A stretch of 64,000 nt of DNA from an uncultured Gemmataceae bacterium (GTDB lineage Bacteria > Planctomycetota > Planctomycetia > Gemmatales > Gemmataceae), in NCBI GenBank assembly GCA_963750165.1, contig CAVVPN010000010.1:160001-224000 (forward strand), read 5' to 3'. Positions within the stretch are counted from its first letter, which is position 1; each line of letters starts with the position of its first letter. The position numbers and the translations under genes were made by a program. Positions 1-11,584 of this stretch are shown here, piece after piece. The notes beneath the pieces were generated by a model, which had not been told where the DNA came from, did no database searches, and saw only the letters and a program-made list of their open reading frames with translations.

Positions 1-1832
<1,832 letters not shown>

Positions 1833-1883
1833 CCCGTCCCGCGGAACTTTAGCAAAAAATCCGCCAACCCGAGGGAGTTCGGT

Positions 1884-3058
1884 ATGGCGCGGCGTCTCCT
1901 GTTGGGTGTGCTGGTGCTGGCGTGCGGCCTGACCGGGAACGGCTGCGCGGGCGACACCGGCAACACGGCGCCGGCGGCCGCGCTCCGCGGCGCGGACGAC
2001 CCGCTGCAGAAGCCCACCACCTCCCGCGCCCTGCGCGACGAACCCGAACCCGTCCAGGTCGCTCAGGCCACGCCAGCGCCAACGCCGACCCCGCCCCGGC
2101 CCCGGCCGAAGGGCACCCCGCGCCTGAGCGTTCGCGCCTGGGTCAACAACAAGCCGATCTTCGACGAGGAGGTGATGTTCGTGGTCTTCACCAAACACGG
2201 CCCCCAAGTCATGAGCGCCGGGCGCGGGGGAACGAACTGGTGCCCAGGCTGTTCAAGGAGGAACTGGACAACCTCATCGAGCGCGAACTCATCTACCAGG
2301 ACGCCCTGCACAAGTTGGAGAAGAACCAGAAAACCCTGGACAAGCTCAAGGTCGCCGCCAACAAGGAATTCGACAAGCGGCTCAGCCACATGGTCAAGGC
2401 CTTCCGCTGCGCCAGCCTGGAGGAGTTCAAGGACCTGCTGACGAAACAGGGCACCTCCGTGGAGAACCTGCGGCGCAGCGCCGAGCGCGAGTTCATCTCC
2501 ACCGAGTACGTGCGCAGCCTGATTGGCATGCGGATCGTGACGATCAGTCACCAGGACGTGTGCGACTACTACGAGCAGCACCTCAACGAGTTCCAGACGG
2601 TGGACACCGTGAAGTGGCAAAACATCTTCATCCTCGTCGGTCCCAACCACCCGACCGCGGCGGACGCGCGCCGCTTCGCCGAGGAGTTGGTGGCACGGGC
2701 TCGCCACGGCGAGGACTTTGACAAGCTGCTGCCCTTCGACGACGGCGACAGCTATCGCTATCGCAAGGGCGAGGGCCTCGGCCGGCACCAGGGCAAGATC
2801 AGCCCGCCCGAGGTCGAGCCGTACCTGTTCAAGATGAAGGATGGTGAGATCGGGCCGCTGGTGGAGCTGGCGACCGGCGTTCACATCTTCCGTCTGCTCA
2901 AGCGCGAGTACGCCGGCGTGCGGCCGTTCGACGAGAAGGTGCAGCAAGAGATTCTCATCCGTCTGCGCAACGAGATGGCTGGCCGTGAGTATCGCCGCAT
3001 CATTCGCGACCTCAAGGCCCGCTCGGTAGTTGAATTTGAGAAGGACGCCGTGCCGTGA
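1884..3058 (+). CDS. SurA/PpiC-type peptidyl-prolyl isomerase, secreted or lipoprotein; frameshift near 2225
   Basis: Signal peptide, Pro-rich linker and VRAWVNNKPIF in one frame; helical SurA-N region and rotamase-like GEDFDKL...FKMKDGEIGPLVELATGVHIFRL in the next frame. Commonly follows mfd. Confidence 0.75.
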
Positions 3059-3072
3059 TGGTGAAAAGAGAT

Positions 3073-3172
3073 TTCACCACGTAGACCGCAGAGAGCGCAG
3101 GAGAAAAGACCGAAGAATTGTTGATCAACTCTTCGGTCTTTTCTCTGCGCTCTCTGCGGTCTCTGTGGTGAA
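3073..3172. repeat. REP-like long imperfect palindrome between convergent genes
   Basis: TTCACCAC..AGACCGCAGAGAGCGCAG..GAAAAGACCGAAGA pairs with TCTTCGGTCTTTTC..CTGCGCTCTCTGCGGTCT..GTGGTGAA. Confidence 0.85.
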
Positions 3173-3187
3173 TATATTTTGATTGGT

Positions 3188-3643
3188 TCACGACCGCGGC
3201 GGGACTGGCGTCGTCGGGGCGGCGGTCACCGGCTGCGGGGTGGTGCTGGCAATGGCCGAGTCGATGCGGCCGGCCAGGTTTTGCAGTTCCTTGCCCAGCT
3301 GCACCAGCTGCTGGTGCAGGTTGTCGCGCTCGCCGGTGCGGGCCACCGTCTGCCGCCGCAACTCATCGCGCTCGCGCGTCGCCGCCTGGAGCTGCTCCAG
3401 CTGCTGCGCCACCTGCTGGCCCAGCGCGGCGGTCTCCTCTTCCGCCGCGGTCAATTTCTTGCGGGCCAGGTCACGCTGGCCGACCACGACACGGTAGTCT
3501 TCCTCCAGCTTGGCGTTGCGGGCCTCCAGGTCGCGGACGCGGGCACTGCCGGCGGGGGCCTGCTTCTGAGAACAGCCCCAGAAACTCAACGTGACGAGCA
3601 GCAGGACGATGGCGAGCGCCTTGTTGGCACTGGCACGGTTCAT
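3188..3643 (-). CDS. Putative lipoprotein with coiled coil
   Basis: Hydrophobic signal ending FWGC, heptad-rich body, GGAG RBS upstream. Confidence 0.75.
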   Translation of the reverse strand: MNRASANKALAIVLLLVTLSFWGCSQKQAPAGSARVRDLEARNAKLEEDYRVVVGQRDLARKKLTAAEEETAALGQQVAQQLEQLQAATRERDELRRQTVARTGERDNLHQQLVQLGKELQNLAGRIDSAIASTTPQPVTAAPTTPVPPRS

Positions 3644-3962
3644 GGATGTCTCCTCATGCTTCAGGCGGCCCGGCCGCCGAGGGGTGCGAGATCGTGCTAG
3701 GTTATGGAGGACCGACGACCCGCCTGGCTCACGGGACCGCTCCCGTTTGCCTGGTTCGCCGGTCTCTGCTGACCGACAAACTTTCTTTCGACCGCCGGCA
3801 CACCCAATCTTTATCCAACTTCACCAACTTTCTTCCTCTGCAACCGTTTCCCGAGCGCCCGCGGTTGCCGACTGGCGCAAGGGAGCCAGGACGGTCACGG
3901 CAAGCCGGTGCCATCGGGCGACAGCAATCGGTGCCGTTGCAAGCCGATGCGTGCCCGTCCGC

Positions 3963-4011
3963 GCAAGGGAGCCAAGGGAGCCAAGAGAGCCAACTTTTTC
4001 ACACATCGAGA
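3963..4011 (+). repeat. Dispersed ~50-bp repeat, copy 1 (three AAGRRNGCC 9-mers plus TTTTCAYACRTCGAGA)
   Basis: Aligns with 50980-51032 (minus) and 61262-61314 (plus). Confidence 0.85.
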
Positions 4012-4089
4012 AAGGCCACCGGTGACGCTCCCGGCTCGCCGGCTGCCAGAACCGTCCAGGCGCAGCGGGATCAGGTCTACGATTGGCGC

Positions 4090-4251
4090 GCCGACTTCAA
4101 CCTGGGCCGCCAGCTCGCGCGCGGCCTGACGGTCGGGGCCGACGCGCGGTCGGTGGCGCTGGCCGTTCTCGTAGTAACAGAGATACCAGACGCGGCTTCG
4201 GAGGTAGGCCAGGACTTTGCCGACGCGGAATGAGTTGGTCTTCTTGGACAC
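4090..4251 (-). pseudogene. N-terminal fragment of a probable tyrosine integrase downstream of the tRNA 3' end
   Basis: GAGG RBS then GTG-SKKTNSFRVGKVLAYLRSRVWYLCYYENGQRHRPRVGPDRQAARELAAQV, resembling an arm-binding N-terminus; no catalytic domain follows. Confidence 0.6.
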
Positions 4252-4321
4252 GGTGACCTCAAAGAATCCCCCGCCACAAAGGGCGCCACAAACGGGAATC
4301 TCTGAGGAAGCCTCAGAAAGG

Positions 4322-4358
4322 CAAAAGCCGATGTGCCAACCACTTATGGCACATCGGC
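4322..4358 (-). terminator. Rho-independent terminator after tRNA-Ser
   Basis: GCCGATGTGCCA-loop-TGGCACATCGGC stem followed by TTTT on the minus strand. Confidence 0.75.
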
Positions 4359-4369
4359 AGACAGGCCAG

Positions 4370-4454
4370 CGGAGAGGGCGGGATTCGAACCCGCGGTGAG
4401 TTGCCCCACACGGCATTTCCAGTGCCGCACCTTCGGCCGCTCGGTCACCTCTCC
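4370..4454 (-). tRNA. tRNA-Ser (GGA)
   Basis: GGAGAGG acceptor stem, CTGGAAA anticodon loop, long variable arm, GGTTCGAATCCC T-arm; TATAAT upstream at 4473-4478. Confidence 0.96.
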
Positions 4455-4512
4455 GAATCGATTTAACCAGCTATTATACCGTAATTTCCGTCGTCTCTCC
4501 CTTGTCGGCGAT

Positions 4513-4700
4513 TTGTCAAAACCACCGTTTGTCAAAAAAAATGTCAAAAACCGGGAGGCTGTTTCGCCGCCAGGATGCGGCAGTCTGTCAAAACCCTGTC
4601 GAATTTAGGGTATCCTGCCGGGCGGCGGCGGTCAAGCGGTTGGCGGGAAGTTGGGGAATGTCAGCGTCTGGCTGGGCCGTTTTGACAAAAGTTTTGACAA
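4513..4700. repeat. Cluster of TGTCAAAA/TTTTGACA short repeats, possibly integrase arm-type sites
   Basis: Four TGTCAAAA copies in 4514-4594 and two inverted copies in 4681-4700; similar AAAACAGTGAC x2 at ~5074-5094. Confidence 0.45.
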
Positions 4701-4717
4701 GGGTGACCCTTACTCCT

Positions 4718-4858
4718 CCAGCCCGGAAGTTCCGGACCGCCGGGCTAATCTGCTACGTCTGGGGGCGGTTGACGATCCGCAACCGGGCGGGCTTGAAGGT
4801 CGCAACGTGCGAGTGCTATCGGGCCTGGGCGCGACTTGACGCCCTGCTTCCGCTTTGA
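4718..4858 (+). pseudogene. C-terminal fragment of a Crp/Fnr-family regulator
   Basis: KFRTAGLICYVWGRLTIRNRAGLKVATCECY resembles the winged-HTH end plus CECY tail of a Crp subfamily. Confidence 0.65.
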
Positions 4859-5277
4859 GCCGGTCTGGTTGGTGGTCTTGGTCGATGGTATGACAGGCCG
4901 CTGGTGTCTATCGTTCCAGACCAACAGATCCAGAGTTTTCTGAACTGTTTTTCTCCACGCCGCGTCGATTCCTGGATTAGATACACAAAATATTGCAGAT
5001 AAACAACTTATAGAATCGACACTTTAGGCACTCCTGGGTGAGATTAGGCGGGTTTTGGCCCCCTCGGGCGAAAAAACAGTGACAAAACAGTGACGCGCTT
5101 TGGGACGCCTTACTAGGCAAAAACCTAGACAACGGGCACCTGCCAGGAGACTACCTCCCCTGCGACTTCCTGCCCTTCTTCTTCGGTTCCTGGTCGTCCA
5201 ACATCTCGGTGAAGGTCTTCTCCCGCTGCGGCCACTCCCCAGCGTGCCGTCCGGGTGGCGGTAGAAGGCGTCCTTCT

Positions 5278-6440
5278 GCTCAGGGGCTGGGCCGCAGCTG
5301 CTGTGGGCTTAGAAGCGGACTCAAAACCCGGCCGGGCTCCTAGATCAGCTGTGGTTGTCTGCAGCTGTTCCCGGAGGCCCGGCCATGGACCCTGTGGTGT
5401 TCGAGACGTTGTGGCGCGCCGTTGCCCTGTACCTGCCCGCCCGCGCCCCCTCCCCCAAGGGAGGCCGCCCGCGCGTCCCCGACCGCGACTGCCTGCGCGG
5501 CATCCTCTTCGTGCTCCGCGAGGGCATCCGCTGGCGCTCCTTGCCCCAGGAGATGGGCTGCGGCTCGGGCAGCACCTGTTACCGCCACTTCCGCCAGTGG
5601 ACCGCCCTGGGCCTGTGGCCCCAAGTCCACACGCACCTGGTGGCCGCCCTGGGCCGGCGCGGCTTGCGCAACTTGGAGCGGGCGGTCGTGGACAGCGCCT
5701 CGGCCCGCGCCCAGGCCGGCGGCCCGCACACCGGCCCCAACCCGACCGACCGGGCCAAGGCCGGCTGCAAAAGGCATTTGCTGACCGACGCTTGCGGCAT
5801 CCCGCTGGTGGTCTGGATCGGGCCGGCCAACCGCCGCGACGAGCAGGCGGTGCCGGCGCTGCTGTGGCTCTTGTGGGCGGTGCTCGGCGGCGCCGGCGCC
5901 CGCCGCCGCGTGGGGGCGCTGCAGGGCGACCGGGGCTACGGCTTCCCCTGGACGATCGTGCTGGTGTTGGCGTGGGGCCTCCGCGCGCTGCTGGCCCCGC
6001 GCGCACGCCGCACGGCAGCGGCTTGGGGCGCACGCGCTTTGTCATTGAGCGCACCCATAGCTGGTTCGGGCGCTTCCGGCGCCTGCGCGATGTTACGAGC
6101 GGGAGCCGGCGCACTTCCTGGCGCTGCAGCAGTTGGCGGCCTGCGTCATCTGCGCCCGGCGGCTCCGCCAAGGTCGGCAGCCCGGCGAAGAGTTCCAGCC
6201 CTTCGCCCAGGCCGCCTAGGGTTTTGAGTCCGCTTCTTAGCGCCAAGGTGGTCATCACGGCCGAACGAGGACACGGCGCTGGTCGTCGATATGGTGCCAG
6301 GCCAGGCGGGCGACGCGCCGCTGCTGGTGCCGATGCTCGGCTGTACCCTAGAGCGCGTGCCGGTGATCGACGAGTAGGTCGGTGACAAGGCATTTGACGG
6401 CGACGACTTGCGGTGTCAGTGCCTAGAGCGGGGCGTGAAC
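5278..6440 (+). pseudogene. Older degenerate IS5-family (IS427-like) transposase fragment interrupted by the IS above
   Basis: Removing the IS joins AQGLGRSCCGL to SAKVVIT (cf. LGRSRGGLTTK), then VPGQAGDAPLL...DE*VGDKAFDGD with an in-frame stop. Confidence 0.7.
5312..6236 (+). mobile_element. IS5-family insertion sequence, 925 bp; transposase from 5385 with frameshift(s) near 6000
   Basis: Perfect 18-bp terminal IRs GAAGCGGACTCAAAACCC, TTA target duplication; motifs GGRPR, GIRWRSLP, VVDSAS, TGPNPTDRAK.G.KRHLLTD, GDRGY, RFVIERTHSW. Confidence 0.92.
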
Positions 6441-6669
6441 CGATACAATCCTCACTGTCCAGTGGCTTCCCCCGACCCCACCGGCAACGCTGCTTGTCTT
6501 TGAATACGCGGGAAGATAAACTGATCTGAGTGATTGGAATCAGCCGATTGAGGGTTCAAACCCATCGGAGGACGCCAAGGCCATCATCACCGCGCCCAGA
6601 TCTCTTCAGTACTGGACGAACGAACACAAAAGGTCGGTAATCGGCGCGGAAGCGATCACGGAGCAAGTC

Positions 6670-8817
6670 ATGCCAAAAGGTGATGCGGGCGAGTCCCCAC
6701 CTGCACCGCCGAAGTACGCGATGACCATCTCGCGGCTGACAGTCGATAAACTCGGCATCAAACTTTACGACCGCGTTTCCGCCGCCATCGCCGAGGTGGT
6801 GGCGAACAGTTACGATGCGGACGCTACTGAGGTCACCGTGTCCGCCCCGATGGGCGAGCTGCTGGCAACCAAGCATGGTGGAGTTCTTCGGGACAAAGGG
6901 TACGTAATCGAAGTTCAGGACAACGGCATCGGCATGACCGCCGATGAGGTCAACCAATTCTTCCTCGCCGTTGGTCGGGAGCGCCGACTCGATCCCAAGC
7001 GAGGCGGGGCAACCAAGATCTATAAGCGCCTGGTGATGGGTCGCAAAGGCGTGGGGAAGCTCGCGCCCCTCGGCATTTGCCAGCGGATCGAGGTGATCAC
7101 GGCCGGAGGCAGCGAAGTCAAGGTCGATAAGGAGAAGGGGTACGTCACTTCGCACATAATCCTGAACCGGAAGGACATGCTGGCGGACACGGACTCCAAC
7201 TATGTCCCCGACATTGGAAGGTTTGACGGCACGCTGCGCCCCGAGAAGGGCACGATCATCAGGATGCGGATGTTCGATCACCGGATCGTGCCGGAGCTGG
7301 ACGACTTCGAGCGGCAGTTGTCGCAACGGTTCGGCGTTCAGTCGCCGAACTGGAAACTGGTGCTTCGGGACAACCAGAAGACGGCTGCCGATCCGGACGC
7401 GACGCGGACGGTCGGCGAACTGAACATCGAGCTTCGCCTCGGGACGCGGATAGAGTTTCGCGAAGAACTAACTCCGAAGAACAAGAGCTACTCGCCACCC
7501 AAGTATTTGGCATTCGACGAAGGTGGGAAGGCGATGAAGGATCTGAAGGGCTCGTTCGAGTTCGAGGGCAAAGAATACCCTGTTACCGGCTGGGTTGGCT
7601 ACTCGAAGGTGCCGTACCGCGATCAGCAGATGGCGGGGGTTCGCATTTACTGTCGGGGAAAGCTCGCTGCGCAAACGCTGATTTTCGGCCGCAAGGCCGG
7701 CTTCACCGGCGAATACGACATCCGGTCATACTTTGTCGGCATGCTTAACGCCGACTGGCTCGATGACGAGGAAGACCTCATCCTCACGAGCCGTCAGGAC
7801 ATCCTGTGGTCGGAACCGCTGGCCAGGGCATTCGAGGAGTGGGGGCAGGGAGTTGTCAAGAAGGTCGGGACGATCACCCGCGAACCGGTCAGACAGGCTG
7901 CGTGGGACTTGTTCGTCGAGGAAACAAATGTCGAGGAAGAGGTAGAAGAAACGTACCCCGCTGATGAGCAGAGAGACATCCGCGAGAAGACAATAGAGAT
8001 CGCCAAGATGATGGTGAAGGCGGCTCGTCCTGATGAGTTACAAGATGAAGCGCGTCGGCGGTCGATGGTCGATCTGGCACTACTTGTGGGACCGCACATC
8101 ACGCTAGAGGAAAAACTGATCGAAGCGGCTGAGAACGACGACAACACGCTGGAGGTCGTTGCGGACATCCTTCGCACAGCCAGAGTTGCGGAGTTGACGT
8201 CATTCGGGCGCATTGCCGACGACCGGGTCAAGGTAATCAAAAAAGTCGAGAAGATGAAGGACGACGAGGACACCCTTGACGATGCGTTTCAGGCGCTGAT
8301 CGAGGAGTCCCCGTGGCTGATCAACCCGGAGTGGTCGCCAATTACTACCAACACGGGACTGGAGAAGCTGAAGGGGGAGTTCGTAAAGTTCTATCGCAGC
8401 GAAACCGGCGAACGCATTTCACTGTACAAGATGGACGGCTCTGACAAAGAAAAACGCGCCGAATTGGTGATCACTAACCAAGACCGAGTGATCGAGGTCA
8501 TCCTTATAAAGAGGCCCGGCGATCCACTCAAGAATGCGGAGATGGACCGACTTGTGACGTACCACGACTCGATGGATGCCTTCTTGCACAAAAAGGGTGA
8601 AGAAGACTATTTGAAAGGGTTCGAGAAGTTCCACATCACACTCGTCTGCGACTCATTGGCTCTCAAGGGGGCGCAAAAGGTGGCATTCGATGGGCTGCAA
8701 GCAAGCGGCGCGCTGACGCGGGTGGAGTGGGCCAAATTCCTCCAGCGGACGCGGAAGATGCACGAAGCCTTTCTTCAAGAAGCAGAGAGGCAAAGAAGCA
8801 ATGCCGCGAAGCGATAG
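6670..8817 (+). CDS. GHKL (MORC/MutL-like) ATPase with C-terminal restriction-endonuclease-like domain
   Basis: EVVANSYDADA, VQDNGIGM, MGRKGVGKLAP GHKL motifs; C-terminal PWLI..RAELV..ILIKRP region. Confidence 0.85.
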   Translation: MPKGDAGESPPAPPKYAMTISRLTVDKLGIKLYDRVSAAIAEVVANSYDADATEVTVSAPMGELLATKHGGVLRDKGYVIEVQDNGIGMTADEVNQFFLAVGRERRLDPKRGGATKIYKRLVMGRKGVGKLAPLGICQRIEVITAGGSEVKVDKEKGYVTSHIILNRKDMLADTDSNYVPDIGRFDGTLRPEKGTIIRMRMFDHRIVPELDDFERQLSQRFGVQSPNWKLVLRDNQKTAADPDATRTVGELNIELRLGTRIEFREELTPKNKSYSPPKYLAFDEGGKAMKDLKGSFEFEGKEYPVTGWVGYSKVPYRDQQMAGVRIYCRGKLAAQTLIFGRKAGFTGEYDIRSYFVGMLNADWLDDEEDLILTSRQDILWSEPLARAFEEWGQGVVKKVGTITREPVRQAAWDLFVEETNVEEEVEETYPADEQRDIREKTIEIAKMMVKAARPDELQDEARRRSMVDLALLVGPHITLEEKLIEAAENDDNTLEVVADILRTARVAELTSFGRIADDRVKVIKKVEKMKDDEDTLDDAFQALIEESPWLINPEWSPITTNTGLEKLKGEFVKFYRSETGERISLYKMDGSDKEKRAELVITNQDRVIEVILIKRPGDPLKNAEMDRLVTYHDSMDAFLHKKGEEDYLKGFEKFHITLVCDSLALKGAQKVAFDGLQASGALTRVEWAKFLQRTRKMHEAFLQEAERQRSNAAKR

Positions 8818-9947
8818 CCCGATCAGACTGAATGCCGTGGACATCTTCAGTGGCGCAGGCGGATTGACAACCGGCTTGAAAAAAGCTGGTTTTCGCGTCG
8901 TTGCCGGCGTGGAGATCGAGTCCCATGCTGTCTCCACGTTCAAGGTGAACCACCCGGACACCCATGTCTTCAAACAAGATGTTACGACAGTGCGCGGCTC
9001 CGACTTGGTCGAGCAGGCTGGCGGCGAAGACATCCACCTGCTCGCGGGATGCCCGCCCTGCCAAGGCTTCACGAGTTTGACCTCGAAGTACAAGCGGGGC
9101 GACCCCAGAAACGAGTTGATCGGGGAACTGGCGCGGCTAGTCGAGGAGGCCCGTCCCCATGCGGTCATGATGGAGAATGTTCCCGGTCTTACTCAAAAAG
9201 GCGTAAAGCTGTTCGACGCTTTCCTGAAGATCATCGAAGCGGCGGGCTACGTCCCTGAATACGAGGTGCTCCAAGTCGCGGACTACGGAGTTCCCCAAAG
9301 TCGCAGGCGGCTCGTATTGCTGGCAGGAAGGGGGTTCAAGATCGCTCTCCCGCCCGCAACGCATTCGCGCACCGGTGAGGGCCGGCTAGCGAAGTGGACG
9401 ACGGTTCGCAGTGCGATCGGGGACATGCCAACGCCGATCACGATGGCGGAAGTCAGGCGATCTACGAGCCCCGACATGCACTCCTGGCACGTGGTCCGGG
9501 AGTTGTGTCCGCGGAATCAAAGTCGCCTCCGGCATGCAAAGCCGGGGGATCACTGGAAGAAAATTCCAAAACGGCTTCGCCCACCGTGCCATCAGGACAA
9601 AAAGGCTGGGTTCAGCAATGTGTACGGGCGGATGAGCTGGGACGAAGTGTCGCCGACGATTACCGCCGGCTGCACGACACTCAGTAAGGGGCGGTTCGGG
9701 CATCCGGCAGAGGACCGCACGCTTTCCGCGCGCGAGGCTGCCATTTTACAGACTTTCCCGAGGGACTATGTGTTTGACTCTCCTTATATGGAATACGTCT
9801 GCGCGATGATCGGAAACGCCTTGCCGTGTGATTTCGCCGAGGTGCTCGCGAAGACTTGCGGTGAGGCGATCCGGGCGCACTTACTGCGCGGTTGCCGATG
9901 CCAAAGCCGCCGGGAAGCCCTCCTCCAGAAAGCCCCGGAAGAAGTAA
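8801..9947 (+). CDS. DNA (cytosine-5)-methyltransferase; as sequenced it reads through into the downstream ATPase
   Basis: Motifs I FSGAGG, IV PPCQGF, VI MENVPG, VIII PQSRRR, IX RTLSAREAA, X IGNA; plausible natural end YCAVADAKAAGKPSSRKPRKK* in the +1 frame (stop 9945-9947). Confidence 0.92.
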
Positions 9948-10018
9948 ATGCCACCGGTTCAACGCCATCACACCAAGTACACAGCCAGAAGCAGGCTGAT
10001 CTGATCTGGAATGCCATC

Positions 10019-11581
10019 ATGGAATTCACAGTCCTGAAACGCGGTGCAAGGTTGCCGAAGAATGCCCGTGGCAAGGCATTTCTGATTCCGGACGACTGGG
10101 CCGACCGCGGGAAGTACAAGACGCAGTACCAGCTTACTATTTGCGACCACGGCGGCATGGCTCACACGATTGGCGATGTCAAGATCGGCGAATTCGGAAT
10201 GTCTGAAGGTCAAGCCCGCCCTTCGATCACAAGTCCCTTTGAGAAGCTTGACAAGAAGTTCTTCTCGCTCGGCCAGGACGGCACCTATTACGAGCGATTG
10301 ACGGAACTTGGAGCGGCGACAAGGAAGACGGTATTGTCCGCACTGCGGGATGTCGCCGCGGACAAGCAGCTCTTCGCAGGGGCATTGAAGGAAGATGTCA
10401 CCACCGAATCTCTTCTCAGTGCAGTTACGGCGGTTACGGTTCAGGGCCAATTCAGTAGGCTGGCGGTTGGCGGCGCGAGACTTACCGACTATCAGTTTAA
10501 GTACACAGCCCCCACCTTTGACAATCCCGAGGCGGATCTCATCCAACTATCGTTCGATGTAAAACATTCGTCAAATCCGCCATCGAATATCCATGTCTTG
10601 ATCGGCAAGAATGGGGTCGGCAAAACGCGGTTGCTGCACTACATGACGCTCGCGCTCATGGCGAAGGAACCTGACCCTGTCAATCGTGGGGTCTTTGAGC
10701 GGACAGACGGTGTGGCGGGCACGGCCCTGTTTGCGAACTTGGTGTCCGTTGCATTCAGCGCATTCGATCCATTCGAGCCTTTACCTGACCGCCAGGCTGA
10801 CGATGAGGGAATGCAGTACACCTATGTCGGCCTCAAGAACAGAAGCAAGGCCGGCGGGGCGCTCAAGAACCTAGACATGCTCACCACGGAGTTTGTGAAG
10901 GGCTTCCAAAAGTGCATTTCGGGACCAAAGGTCGATAGGTGGCGGACCGCTCTGCAGACGCTTGAGTCGGACTCAAATTTCAGGGACCACGGAGTCGTTC
11001 GGCTTGCGGAGGGGCTATCCGAAGAGGATGAAGACGAGGACGCCGATCCTGACCTGGACCAAGCCGGCCGGGCGGCTCTGCTGTTTGGCAAGTTGAGTAC
11101 CGGTCACAAGATGGTACTACTGACTGTCACGAGGCTCGTGGAAACCGTTGAAGAGCGGACGCTGGTGCTCATCGACGAGCCGGAGTCCCACCTGCATCCG
11201 CCGCTGTTGTCTGCATTCATTCGGGCACTTTCGGACCTGCTGATCGACAGGAATGGCGTAGCGATCATGGCCACACACTCGCCCGTCGTTCTTCAAGAAG
11301 TGCCTGCCAACTGCGTCTGGGTTCTGAGGCGGAAGGGGCAGATTGTCCGTCCCGTGCACTTGAAAACAGAAAGCTTCGGTGAGAACGTTGGGCTGCTGAC
11401 AAAGGAAGTGTTTCGGCTGGATGTCACCAGCTCAGGCTTCCACAAACTGTTGCAGGAAGCGGTGGACGAGAACCCGGACTACGATGCCATATTGAACAAG
11501 TTCTCAAACCGGTTGGGAGGAGAGGCAAAGGCAATTCTTGCCGCCCTGATTGCAACAACGGACGAGGGGGAGGCGAAGTAG
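10019..11581 (+). CDS. ABC-type (AAA_21/AbiEii-like) ATPase, Septu PtuA-like
   Basis: Walker A GKNGVGKT, signature LSTGHK, Walker B VLIDEPESHLHP, H-loop ATHSP; immediately followed by an HNH gene. Confidence 0.85.
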   Translation: MEFTVLKRGARLPKNARGKAFLIPDDWADRGKYKTQYQLTICDHGGMAHTIGDVKIGEFGMSEGQARPSITSPFEKLDKKFFSLGQDGTYYERLTELGAATRKTVLSALRDVAADKQLFAGALKEDVTTESLLSAVTAVTVQGQFSRLAVGGARLTDYQFKYTAPTFDNPEADLIQLSFDVKHSSNPPSNIHVLIGKNGVGKTRLLHYMTLALMAKEPDPVNRGVFERTDGVAGTALFANLVSVAFSAFDPFEPLPDRQADDEGMQYTYVGLKNRSKAGGALKNLDMLTTEFVKGFQKCISGPKVDRWRTALQTLESDSNFRDHGVVRLAEGLSEEDEDEDADPDLDQAGRAALLFGKLSTGHKMVLLTVTRLVETVEERTLVLIDEPESHLHPPLLSAFIRALSDLLIDRNGVAIMATHSPVVLQEVPANCVWVLRRKGQIVRPVHLKTESFGENVGLLTKEVFRLDVTSSGFHKLLQEAVDENPDYDAILNKFSNRLGGEAKAILAALIATTDEGEAK

Positions 11582-11584
11582 ACC

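Noticed and set aside
3963..4011. Triple 9-mer repeat as a mini-CRISPR
   Set aside because: Units are 9 bp and contiguous, with no spacers.
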